A stretch of 64,000 nt of DNA from Alphaproteobacteria bacterium (GTDB lineage: Bacteria > Pseudomonadota > Alphaproteobacteria > Rs-D84), in NCBI GenBank assembly GCA_017616785.1, contig JAFZXK010000022.1, forward strand, positions 58,516-122,515. Direction: 5' to 3'. Within the stretch, counting starts at the first letter, position 1; each line of letters opens with the position of its first letter. The notes below the pieces were generated by a model, which saw only the letters and a program-made list of their open reading frames with translations, did not search any database and was not told the DNA's origin. Of this stretch, positions 36,615 to 44,945 are shown one piece after another. The position numbers and the translations under genes were made by a program.

Positions 36615-36642
36615 TTGTGAACGGTCAAACGCGTGATATAAT
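36615..36642 (+). promoter_or_regulatory. Candidate promoter (-35 TTGTGA, 16 nt, TGa-TATAAT)
   Basis: The hexamers are seen directly, 20 nt upstream of the ATG at 36662. Confidence 0.5.
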
Positions 36643-36661
36643 ATGTCATGAAGGAAGAGAG

Positions 36662-37954
36662 ATGAAGTTCGATTTACAAACATCTTTATTAGCATTGATT
36701 TTTGCGGTTGGGGCGTCGGATGCAATTGCGGCGCCGGCGGTTCGTTCTTTGGGCGGTTTTGTACCTGCGTCTGATGCGTCGTCGAATGTTACATCGGGAA
36801 CGTCTGGGGCTGGTTCGGTGGCTGTACCAAATGGGATGGCTTCGCGTGCGGGGTCATTGCGGTCGGCGCCAAGGGCAACTGTTTCAAGTATGCCAAAGCC
36901 GGCCGGTGATAGTACAGGTGCAACGGGTAGCAGTGTTTCGCGTGCGGCATCTACATCCGCGGCGCAACGTTTATCAATCGGTAGTTATATTGGTGCACCG
37001 AAACAGATTAGCACAAGTGGCACCAACACCGAAGAGATTACAAACATCAATAATGATATAAAAAATATCACAAACATAGTTGAAGGATTGGAAACGGATA
37101 TTTCCGGTAAGGTTGATAAAGAGCAAGGTATTGCTGCTGCGGGTCAAGGTTTGGTCGTTGATTCCACTGGTTTTGTTACGACGGCCGATATTGTGACCCC
37201 CGAAGAGTTAAATGTTGACCTTTCGACCAAGGTTGATAAAGACCAAGGAATTGTGAATAAAGGTAAAGCATTGCTTGTTGATGATGCGGGATACGTTATT
37301 CCGGGCGATGTTTTGAAACCGGGTGACATTGACCTTTCGACCAAGGTTGATAAATTGCAAGGTCGTGAATATAAAAACAAAGCGTTGGTTGTTGGTGCCG
37401 ATGGTATTGTGCGGCCGACTGGTGATTTTATGGCGGCGGGTGAGGTTGACCTTTCTGGCAAAGTTGACAAGTTACAGGGTGCAAATTACGAAGGTAAAAC
37501 AATGGTTGTTGACCAGTGGGGATATTTGCAACCGACGGGTGATTTTGTGGAAACCGATCAAGGCACCGAGAACGAAGGTAAAGCACTTCTTATCAATGCC
37601 CAGGGTAAAGTTGTCCCGGGTGACGTTGACTTTACGGGTTTGGAAACCAATATTTCCGGCAAGGTTGATAAGTTCCAAGGTCCGGATAATGTCGACAAGG
37701 TTTTGGTCGTGGATGAAGAAGGTTATGTCGCGGATGAAAAGTTAAGGAATGTCCATGTCGCGGACGATGCGGCATTGGAACGCAAAAAGATGGCGACAGA
37801 CATAACGGACACGCTTGATTGGGTAGATACGTGGAAGAATCAAGCCGAAGATTCAGAGACAGGGGATTATAAACTGGATCCGAATTCGCGTTATGTTATG
37901 GCTGTGGACGAGTTTGGCGAAAAGGCATGGTTCCGCGTCGTCGTGGACGAATAA
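36662..37954 (+). CDS. Secreted repeat protein (six ~33-40-aa D[LI]S[GT]KVDKxQG...LVVD..G.V repeats)
   Basis: Signal peptide. N-terminal RSLGG / RAGSLR / RLSIGSYI region shared with the 30623 gene product. Tandem repeats span nt 37097-37735. Confidence 0.7.
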   Translation: MKFDLQTSLLALIFAVGASDAIAAPAVRSLGGFVPASDASSNVTSGTSGAGSVAVPNGMASRAGSLRSAPRATVSSMPKPAGDSTGATGSSVSRAASTSAAQRLSIGSYIGAPKQISTSGTNTEEITNINNDIKNITNIVEGLETDISGKVDKEQGIAAAGQGLVVDSTGFVTTADIVTPEELNVDLSTKVDKDQGIVNKGKALLVDDAGYVIPGDVLKPGDIDLSTKVDKLQGREYKNKALVVGADGIVRPTGDFMAAGEVDLSGKVDKLQGANYEGKTMVVDQWGYLQPTGDFVETDQGTENEGKALLINAQGKVVPGDVDFTGLETNISGKVDKFQGPDNVDKVLVVDEEGYVADEKLRNVHVADDAALERKKMATDITDTLDWVDTWKNQAEDSETGDYKLDPNSRYVMAVDEFGEKAWFRVVVDE

Positions 37955-37957
37955 AGT

Positions 37958-38058
37958 TCCCCTTTCCGTGGGAAAGGGGTCCGGCGGGATCGCCGGGGGG
38001 TATGGGTAAAATTACCCCACCGCGTTCCGCGGTCCCCCCCTTCTTGGAAAGAAGGGGA
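37958..38058. repeat. C+B composite element, inverted orientation
   Basis: TCCCCTTTCCGTGGGAAAGGGG...GGGGGGTATGGG, then TACCCCACCGCGTTCCGCGGTCCCCCCCTTCTTGGAAAGAAGGGGA. Confidence 0.8.
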
Positions 38059-38076
38059 ACAAAAAAGAAAAGAGTT

Positions 38077-38115
38077 TCGAACAACAACGAACAAACAAAA
38101 AGGATGAAAAAGTAA
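38077..38115 (+). pseudogene. Vestigial gene start (AC-rich leader, RBS, ATG AAA AAG TAA)
   Basis: CGAACAACAACGAACAAACAAAAAGGATGAAAAAGTAA mimics the leader and start of the 38428 and 40067 genes but stops after 3 codons. Confidence 0.4.
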
Positions 38116-38159
38116 AGAAAACAGAGGGGAAATCAAGATTTTAGAATTGTCGGATGGCA

Positions 38160-38278
38160 TCCCCTTTCTGGGGAAAGGGGTGGCGCCGAACGGCGACGGG
38201 GTATGGGTTAGTTTCCCGTTGCTGGGGGGAATTACCCCACCGCGTTCCGCGGTCCCCCCCTTCTTGGGAAGAAGGGGA
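38160..38278. repeat. C+B composite element, second tandem copy
   Basis: Same module order and orientation as 37958-38058. Confidence 0.8.
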
Positions 38279-38427
38279 TGGGGGTGGCTTTGCCGACAAA
38301 CATAGCAGCTTTGGTAGTAAAAAGGGGCACAATAAACCTTTGAATACCACAGAAAGCGCACCAATCCAGGTGTTTTAGTTAACACCGGGCTGGGGCAGAA
38401 CAACAACAAACGAAAAAGAGGGAAAAA

Positions 38428-39471
38428 ATGAAACTTAAGATAAAGGGACTTGTATTTGTGGGCTTTGCCGCGGCGGTGTTCGCGCAGAGTGCATCAGCAG
38501 ATCCGGTGACTATTAGGTCAGGCGCGACTCAGGAGGACGATGAAAAGACGGTGACATCAAGATGGTATGTCGACGGCAAATTCGCTGGTACCACCGGGCA
38601 AGTTATCGCCCAAGGTCCTAACCGAGGTGATACGACGTATAAAGACGTTGGTAACGACAGTAGTTATGTTGATACCACTGTAGGTAATAATGTGTTGGTT
38701 ACCGGTAAAGCCGTTGCCGAAGCAATTAATGGTTTGGATGCCAGTTTGAATATTGATGGTGATGTAACAAAGCACACACAAAAGATTGCCGTATATGATT
38801 CAAATGATTCGAGTGTTATCACTGGTTGGAAGATAATCGTTCCGGATTCGGTGGTCGCCGAAAGTGCCTCGGACATTGCCGGAACCAATGACACTGGACC
38901 GGATTCCGGTGAAGGGTCCGATCTTACAACTGCCCAGGCCGTGTATGATTTTGTGACGGGATATGCGGGTGATACATATCAACCAAAAACGCACGTTGAT
39001 ACCGGCCAAACTAACGAAACTCTAAAGGTTGGTACTGGTGAAGGTCAGTGGAGTGTTATCCAGGCGTATGATGAAAATGCGACTGGTAATCAGGGTACTA
39101 CCGGGTATATCACAATTAGTCATTCTACTTCACGTGGGGTTTATGAAATTAACCTTGATGGTAACCAAATTGCTCGGCATGGTGTTACAGATGGTACGAA
39201 CACCAATGAAATTGTGACTAGTTCGAATAAGTTGCCAACTGCGAACGCCGTGTATGAATATGCGGTGAAACAGCACTGGGATTCCACTACACAGGCCAAT
39301 AAGACCCTTGTTACGGATTCGAATGGTGTTGTGACGGTCAGTACTGTTCCGACATTACCGGGATTTGGTGACCAAGATCCGTGCAAGGTTGCCGGAGTTC
39401 ATTGTGCGTTGGTCACAAATTACGATACTACTAACGGTATTTCGTTTGAATGGACCGTCATGGCGCAATAG
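38428..39471 (+). CDS. Surface/secreted protein, family member 1 (347 aa)
   Basis: The signal peptide MKLKIKGLVFVGFAAAVFAQSASA and the C-terminus C...CALV...FEWTVMAQ are shared with the 40067 gene. Repeated xPTxxAVYxY/FV and YQPK motifs. Confidence 0.75.
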   Translation: MKLKIKGLVFVGFAAAVFAQSASADPVTIRSGATQEDDEKTVTSRWYVDGKFAGTTGQVIAQGPNRGDTTYKDVGNDSSYVDTTVGNNVLVTGKAVAEAINGLDASLNIDGDVTKHTQKIAVYDSNDSSVITGWKIIVPDSVVAESASDIAGTNDTGPDSGEGSDLTTAQAVYDFVTGYAGDTYQPKTHVDTGQTNETLKVGTGEGQWSVIQAYDENATGNQGTTGYITISHSTSRGVYEINLDGNQIARHGVTDGTNTNEIVTSSNKLPTANAVYEYAVKQHWDSTTQANKTLVTDSNGVVTVSTVPTLPGFGDQDPCKVAGVHCALVTNYDTTNGISFEWTVMAQ

Positions 39472-39557
39472 TTACAGGTTAGTTAACAGAGTGGTATAGA
39501 AAAAACCATAGGAGTGAAAAAGAAAGAAAAAAGTTGTTTTACATTGTGTCCTTAATT

Positions 39558-39592
39558 GATGGTGGGCTTCCTCTCCCGCCATCATTTTTTTT
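39558..39592 (+). terminator. Intrinsic terminator
   Basis: GATGGTGGG / CCCGCCATC 9-bp stem followed by A-T8. Confidence 0.75.
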
Positions 39593-39594
39593 AA

Positions 39595-39807
39595 TCCCCT
39601 TCGCGGGCGAAGGGGGGGACCGCGGGACGCGGTGGGGTAGTGGTGGCGACACCCCGTCCGCTTCGCGTTCACCCCTCTAGCCAGAGGGGAATTTGCGACA
39701 CCCCGCCCTGCGGGCACCCCTCTAGCCAGAGGGGAATTTAGGCCGCAACAGAACGCAATAAAGTTCTCCTCTGGCCAGAGGAGTACGGCGAAGCCGGGAG
39801 GTGTCGC
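39595..39807. repeat. Composite repeat cluster: B module, A half, then a full A-type element
   Basis: B at 39595-39643, A at 39645-39693, and A plus centre plus inverted arm (CTCCTCTGGCCAGAGGAG...GGAGGTGTCGC) at 39694-39807. Confidence 0.8.
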
Positions 39808-39897
39808 AATCAGCAATGGCGGGGTGGTGCGTTTTCTTGTCATTGCGGGAGTCGGTAGAAAGGGGATAAAAAAATTTTCTTTTTCATAAAAAAACAC

Positions 39898-39927
39898 TTG
39901 TGGGCGATTCGCAGTTTATGTTATAAT
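39898..39927 (+). promoter_or_regulatory. Candidate promoter (-35 TTGTGG, 18 nt, TGt-TATAAT) with GCGATTCGC palindrome in the spacer
   Basis: The hexamers are seen directly. The GCGATTCGC core at 39904-39912 matches the operator-like sites at 36.5 kb. Confidence 0.5.
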
Positions 39928-40066
39928 AATTCCGTGAAGGACACAAAAGGACCCATGTTCAAAATCGGCGAAACCGGCGGAAAATGTGGGGAGAGATGCG
40001 TTATGAATTCATACCCAATTGGTATCTGTTCGTGCGCAAAACAACAACAAACAAAGAGGAAAAAAA

Positions 40067-41482
40067 ATGAAAGTACAAGTGAAAGGCCTGGTCTTTGTTG
40101 GATTCGCCGCGGCTGTTTTTGCGCAAAGCGCCATGGCAGAGGGGGAGAACAAGATCGTTACATCAAAACAATATGTTGATTCCAAGATAGTCGGTACGAG
40201 TAGCAATGCTACAACTATTGACTCTGAATCATCTGATACCGATGCACCATCTATGTTAAATGTATATAAATTCGTGACTGGTCAGGTTGGTTCTGTTGAA
40301 GTTATCGGTGATAATACTTATACTACAACTACTGTTGATACTACGGGTGCCGATGCAGGAAAATTCAAGGTAAAATTGAAACAAGACCCGGCAAGTGCGA
40401 GGGCGGCGTTGACTGGTGAACTTAATAGTACAACCCATCTTCTTGGAACTCTTGACACTACTGCAGGGCAGAAACTTGTTAGTGCCTCGGCGGTCAAAGA
40501 TTTACTCGATGCGGAAACAGCTACGAACACCACGACGATAAGTTCGACATCTGAAAATGACAAGGTGCCAACATCAAAGAATGTTTATGATTTCGTGACC
40601 AATACGGTTGGTAGTTATCAACCAAAGGCGCCAACGACCGATACCACAAGTTTGTATCTTGGACATAATGGTTCGGGTAATGTCGCAGAGTGGAACAAGT
40701 TAGAGGCGGTAACTACAAATGCCCAAGCATCGACAGATTATGTTACGTTGAAATGGAATTCGACCGACAGTGCGTATGACGTTAACCTTGATAGTGGACA
40801 TATTGCGGCGACGTCTGCGCTTACTGGTACAACGGCTACTAATGATACTGGCTTGGTCACCGCGGGCAGTATCCGTTCAACAATATTACAGGCGGGTGAT
40901 ACAGCCGGTGGAACGATTAATGCGACCACTGGTGCCGTTGATACAACTGTTCCAACAACCAGGAATGTGTATGAATTCGTGACGAATTATGCCCAAGATA
41001 ATTATCAACCGAAAATCCTTGATAGTGATGCGGGTAAGGTCATGATTGGTTATAATACACAAAGTGGTACAGCGGGTAATTACACATATTCGTCTAATTG
41101 GAGCGAGTTGGTTGGTGATTATACAGTTGATGGAAATAATCAGTATATTGGTGGTTACATTGAAGTCGCTCCGAACCCAGAGAATAGCCGCGCAGAGGTT
41201 AGGTTGTTAAATGTTGGCCATACTGCTAGTGCGATTAGTTCTGCTACATCTAGTGATGCCACAAATAATAAAGACAAAATCGCATCGGCATATGCGGTTC
41301 AGCAATATGTTACTGGGCTATTGGGTGGTTTGTCGATTCCGCAACCAAGTGCGGAATGTTCCGGTACAAATCTTGATAGCGATGATGATGGTGGTTGTGC
41401 TTTGGTTATGGCGTGGGACAGCACGGCTGGTACCAATGGTAGCGGTGCGGTTACCCTTAAATGGACCAAGATGGCACAATAA
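40067..41482 (+). CDS. Surface/secreted protein, family member 2 (471 aa)
   Basis: ATG at 40067 after RBS AGAGGA. The signal peptide MKVQVKGLVFVGFAAAVFAQSAMA, VPTSKNVYDFVT / VPTTRNVYEFVT / YQPK motifs and the C-terminal C...CALV...LKWTKMAQ are shared with the 38428 gene. Confidence 0.75.
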   Translation: MKVQVKGLVFVGFAAAVFAQSAMAEGENKIVTSKQYVDSKIVGTSSNATTIDSESSDTDAPSMLNVYKFVTGQVGSVEVIGDNTYTTTTVDTTGADAGKFKVKLKQDPASARAALTGELNSTTHLLGTLDTTAGQKLVSASAVKDLLDAETATNTTTISSTSENDKVPTSKNVYDFVTNTVGSYQPKAPTTDTTSLYLGHNGSGNVAEWNKLEAVTTNAQASTDYVTLKWNSTDSAYDVNLDSGHIAATSALTGTTATNDTGLVTAGSIRSTILQAGDTAGGTINATTGAVDTTVPTTRNVYEFVTNYAQDNYQPKILDSDAGKVMIGYNTQSGTAGNYTYSSNWSELVGDYTVDGNNQYIGGYIEVAPNPENSRAEVRLLNVGHTASAISSATSSDATNNKDKIASAYAVQQYVTGLLGGLSIPQPSAECSGTNLDSDDDGGCALVMAWDSTAGTNGSGAVTLKWTKMAQ

Positions 41483-41509
41483 GTCAGATTTGTTGTTGAA
41501 TTACGCAAG

Positions 41510-41540
41510 ACAATGGCGGGTCCCCCGCCATTGTTTTTTT
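41510..41540 (+). terminator. Intrinsic terminator
   Basis: ACAATGGCGG / CCGCCATTGT stem followed by T7. Confidence 0.8.
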
Positions 41541-41545
41541 GTAGA

Positions 41546-41826
41546 TCCCCTACTTCCTAAGAAGGGGTGGCGCCGAACGGCGACGGGGTAGTTTCGCCCA
41601 TACCCCGTCTGTAATGGACCCATACCCCACCGTTTTCAACGGTCCCCCCCTTTCCACAGGAAAGGGGAATGCCCATACCCCACCGTTTTCAACGGTCCCC
41701 CCCTTTCCACAGGAAAGGGGATTGCCCATACCCCCCGGCGGTTCCGCCGGACCCCTTTCCGGGGGAAAGGGGATTAATCCCCTTCGCGGGCGAAGGGGGG
41801 GACCGCGGGACGCGGTGGGGTAGTGG
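41546..41826. repeat. Repeat array: B module, partial C, three tandem C modules, B module
   Basis: C modules at 41619-41669, 41672-41722 and 41725-41773. B modules at 41546-41593 and 41778-41826. Confidence 0.8.
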
Positions 41827-41872
41827 TAAAAAACGATTGAAAAATATTTTTTGTCTTATATGATTTCGCCAA

Positions 41873-42256
41873 ATGAAATTACCACAAAACATTTCTTTGA
41901 AACAACGGGCGCGCGAATTGCGCAAAAATTCAACTTTGGCCGAAGTCCTGTTTTGGTGCGTTGTTAAAAATCGGCAATTTTTTGGCCTCGATTTCAACCG
42001 GCAAAAAATTATCGGTAATTACATAGTCGATTTTTATTGCCCGCAATTACACCTTGTTATTGAAATCGACGGTTCATCCCACGCAAACCGTCAAGATTAT
42101 GACAGGGCGCGCGATTGGTACTTGCGATCTTTGGGGTTGCATGTGTTGCGCGTGTATGATGCAGATGTCAAAGAAAATGTCAATGATGTTTTGCGCATGG
42201 TTGTGGGATATTGCAAAGAAATAATACGTGATGTTCCGTTACCGGATGGAATGTGA
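41873..42256 (+). CDS. DUF559 (Vsr-like restriction-endonuclease fold) domain protein
   Basis: RELRKNSTLAEVLFW...GNYIVDFYCPQLHLVIEIDGSSH...D..R..YL...G..VLR is typical of DUF559 as remembered. Candidate promoter TTGAAA-16-TATGAT upstream. Confidence 0.65.
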   Translation: MKLPQNISLKQRARELRKNSTLAEVLFWCVVKNRQFFGLDFNRQKIIGNYIVDFYCPQLHLVIEIDGSSHANRQDYDRARDWYLRSLGLHVLRVYDADVKENVNDVLRMVVGYCKEIIRDVPLPDGM

Positions 42257-42258
42257 AA

Positions 42259-42363
42259 CCCATACCCCGTCGCCGTTCGGCGCCACCCCTTTCCACAGGA
42301 AAAGGGGATTGCCCATACCCCCCGGCGGTTCCGCCGGACCCCTTTCCGGGGGAAAGGGGATTA
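42259..42363. repeat. Two tandem C modules; the last 60 nt are identical to 41717-41776
   Basis: GGGGATTGCCCATACCCCCCGGCGGTTCCGCCGGACCCCTTTCCGGGGGAAAGGGGATTA occurs on both sides of the DUF559 gene. Its end overlaps the clpB stop codon. Confidence 0.85.
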
Positions 42364-44418
42364 TTTCACCATCAAATCTTTTCCGTGGGTTGTGATATGG
42401 ACGGTGTTGCCTTCGGTAATTGCGTCCGAAAGTATAAGGTCCGCAATTTTATCTTCGACCATTGATGTTATCAATCTTTTCAATGGGCGCGCGCCGAACA
42501 CCGGATCATATCCATGTTCACCAAGCCACTTTATCGCCGTGTCCGACACATCCAAATCTATGCGGCGCGCCGCAAGCCGTGCACGCAATCCGCGCAATTG
42601 AATCTTTACGATGTCCGCCATCACGTCTTTGCCCAGTTGGTTAAAGAATATGATTTCATCAATCCGGTTGATGAATTCCGGTCGGAACTGTTTGCGAACC
42701 GCGTTCATGTCGGGCAGGTTACTGGTCATAATTATTATCGTGTTCGTAAAGTTCACAACATGGCCTTGGCCGTCCGTTAAACGTCCGTCGTCCAATATTT
42801 GCAAGAACACATTGAACACGTCCGGGTTCGCCTTTTCGATTTCGTCGAACAATAAAACTTGGTACGGGCGACGACGCACAGATTCCGTCAGCACGCCGCC
42901 TTGGTCATAGCCCACATATCCCGGGGGTGCGCCGATTAAACGCGCGACCGAATGCGGTTCCATATATTCACTCATGTCAATTCGCGTCATTGCGGTGTCG
43001 TCGTTAAACAGGTATTCCGCCAATGCCTTGGCGACCTCGGTCTTACCCACGCCGGTGGGGCCCAGGAACATGAAACTGCCCGACGGCCGGCGCGGGTCCG
43101 ACAGACCCGCACGCGAACGACGGATTGCACGCGACACGACCGAAAGCGCTTCGTCTTGGCCGACAACGCGTTTGCGCAATTCGTCTTCGATATTCAAGAG
43201 TTTCGATTGTTCTGCGACCGAAAGCCGTTCCGCCGGGACGCCGGTCCATTTGCTGACCACCGCCGCGATGTGTTCTGGTAAAACCGTTTTGTATTCGCGC
43301 GATTCGGTGTTCATCTTTTTGATTTTTTCTTCCAATTCAGGAATTTTCCCGTATTGCAGTGCGGATGCCTTTTCATAGTCGCCGTTGCGCATTGCGGATG
43401 CAACCTCGGCCTTGGCCGCGTCAAGTGCCGCCATCGCGTCCGAAAGCCCGCGCATTTTTTCCTGTTCCGCGCGCCACTTTGCCGTCATTTCTTCGGATTT
43501 TTTCGTCGTTTCCGCAATAAGTTTTTCAAGGTCGGCAAGGCGTTTTTTGGATTCTTCGTCTTTTTCTTTCTTTAACGCCTGTTGCTCTATTTTAAGTTGC
43601 ATTAAATGCCGGTCAACTTCGTCCAGTTCTTCGGGTTTCGACGCAACCTCTATACGGACACGCGCCGCCGCTTCGTCAATAAGGTCGATGGCCTTGTCCG
43701 GCAAAAACCGGTCCGTGATATAACGATTCGATAACCGCACCGCCGCAACAAGCGCACTGTCCGAAATGCGAACACCATGGTGGCCTTCGTATTTTTCTTT
43801 TAGTCCGCGCAGAATCGAAATCGTGTCGTCAACCGTCGGTTCGTCGATATAGACCGGTTGAAAACGCCGCGCAAGCGCCGGGTCTTTTTCAATGTATTGC
43901 CGGTATTCGTCGAGTGTCGTCGCGCCCAAGCAATGCAATTCGCCCCGCGCAAGCATTGGCTTTATCAGGTTTCCGGCGTCCATACTGCCTTCGCCTTTGC
44001 CCGCACCGACCAGTGTGTGCAATTCATCGATGAACAAAATTATGTCGCCGTTGGAATCTTTGACCGCCTTTAGTATCGCCTTGAACCGCGCTTCGAATTG
44101 GCCGCGGAACATCGCGCCCGCCATTAATGCGCCCATGTCGAGTGACAATAGTTTCTTGTTCTGTAAATTTTCCGGAATGTCGCGCGAAATGATGCGTTCC
44201 GCCAATCCTTCGACAATCGCCGTTTTACCAACGCCGGGATTACCAATCAAAACCGGGTTATTTTTCGTGCGGCGCGAAAGAACCTGAATCGTGCGGCGAA
44301 TTTCTTCGTCGCGGCCGATTACCGGGTCAAGTTTCCCGTCCGCCGCGAGTTTCGTAAAATCAGTCGTATATTTCGCAATCGCCTGGGCCGGGGTTTCTTG
44401 CATTTCTTCTGGATTCAT
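42361..44418 (-). CDS. clpB: ClpB-type AAA+ disaggregase lacking the N-terminal domain
   Basis: Two AAA+ modules ([15 protein letters not shown]; [15 protein letters not shown]) with a middle coiled coil. Begins at the equivalent of E. coli ClpB residue ~150. Confidence 0.88.
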   Translation of the reverse strand: MNPEEMQETPAQAIAKYTTDFTKLAADGKLDPVIGRDEEIRRTIQVLSRRTKNNPVLIGNPGVGKTAIVEGLAERIISRDIPENLQNKKLLSLDMGALMAGAMFRGQFEARFKAILKAVKDSNGDIILFIDELHTLVGAGKGEGSMDAGNLIKPMLARGELHCLGATTLDEYRQYIEKDPALARRFQPVYIDEPTVDDTISILRGLKEKYEGHHGVRISDSALVAAVRLSNRYITDRFLPDKAIDLIDEAAARVRIEVASKPEELDEVDRHLMQLKIEQQALKKEKDEESKKRLADLEKLIAETTKKSEEMTAKWRAEQEKMRGLSDAMAALDAAKAEVASAMRNGDYEKASALQYGKIPELEEKIKKMNTESREYKTVLPEHIAAVVSKWTGVPAERLSVAEQSKLLNIEDELRKRVVGQDEALSVVSRAIRRSRAGLSDPRRPSGSFMFLGPTGVGKTEVAKALAEYLFNDDTAMTRIDMSEYMEPHSVARLIGAPPGYVGYDQGGVLTESVRRRPYQVLLFDEIEKANPDVFNVFLQILDDGRLTDGQGHVVNFTNTIIIMTSNLPDMNAVRKQFRPEFINRIDEIIFFNQLGKDVMADIVKIQLRGLRARLAARRIDLDVSDTAIKWLGEHGYDPVFGARPLKRLITSMVEDKIADLILSDAITEGNTVHITTHGKDLMVK

Positions 44419-44505
44419 TTATGACTCCTTTGTTTATTGTTGCCGTATATATAATTATCAGATGGCTTTTTTCAAGCATATCGGAATAAAAGCATAAAAG
44501 ATTAC

Positions 44506-44534
44506 TTGACTTTGCGCGTTTTTTGTTATACATT
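44506..44534 (+). promoter_or_regulatory. Candidate rpmB promoter (-35 TTGACT, 17 nt, -10 TACATT)
   Basis: The hexamers are seen directly. Confidence 0.45.
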
Positions 44535-44561
44535 ATGCCGACATTTATAAAGGATTTAGAT

Positions 44562-44933
44562 ATGCCACGTGTATGTAAAGTTACAGGTAAAAAAACAGAA
44601 GTCGGTATGAATGTTTCGCATTCTGAACGTCATACAAAGCGCACGTTCTTGCCGAATCTGCACGTTTTGAAGTTCCACAGTGATATACTTGGACGCGATT
44701 TTTCGTTGCGCCTTTCGGCGGCGGGTTTGCGGACACTCACGAAACATGGCGGGTTGGATGCCTATGTCATGGCAAAGCCGATTTCGCGCCTGACACCGGA
44801 AATGGCGGAAATTAAACGCGCGATTATCAAGAAAAATGGCGCACCGGCGAAACCTGCAAAAAAACCGGCGCACAAGGCGAACCGCAGCGCGCGTTTGGTA
44901 AAAAAGGTCGAATCGAAAAAGACCGCAAAATAA
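44562..44933 (+). CDS. rpmB: 50S ribosomal protein L28 with K/A-rich C-terminal extension
   Basis: MPRVCKVTGKKTEVGMNVSHSERHTKRTFLPNLH. ATG at 44562 after RBS AAAGGA. Confidence 0.9.
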   Translation: MPRVCKVTGKKTEVGMNVSHSERHTKRTFLPNLHVLKFHSDILGRDFSLRLSAAGLRTLTKHGGLDAYVMAKPISRLTPEMAEIKRAIIKKNGAPAKPAKKPAHKANRSARLVKKVESKKTAK

Positions 44934-44945
44934 TAAAAGTCGTCT

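Noticed and set aside
38104-38115. A mini-ORF, ATG AAA AAG TAA.
   Set aside because: It is too short to be a gene. It is interpreted as a vestigial gene start (see findings), not as a coding feature.
37891-38409. ORF-track reading frames running through the repeat clusters: 37891-38409 minus, 39472-39897 minus, 41614-41997, 45009-45562 minus, 19877-20182 and 26687-26977.
   Set aside because: They are translations of GC-rich palindromes, giving recurrent PLARGE / PFPQERG-type strings on both strands. They lack RBS and start context and overlap terminators.
39955-40179. A possible upstream ORF (MFKIGETGGKCGERC...) with an AAGGA RBS in the leader of the 40067 gene, overlapping its start.
   Set aside because: It has no counterpart in the leader of the paralogous 38428 gene. 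It runs out of frame across the real gene's signal-peptide region. Support is insufficient.
41619-41773. Three tandem ~50-bp units that at first glance resemble a CRISPR array.
   Set aside because: The units abut with only 2-3 nt between them, so there are no unique spacers. Each unit is an internally palindromic C-type module also found dispersed at other loci. No cas genes are present.
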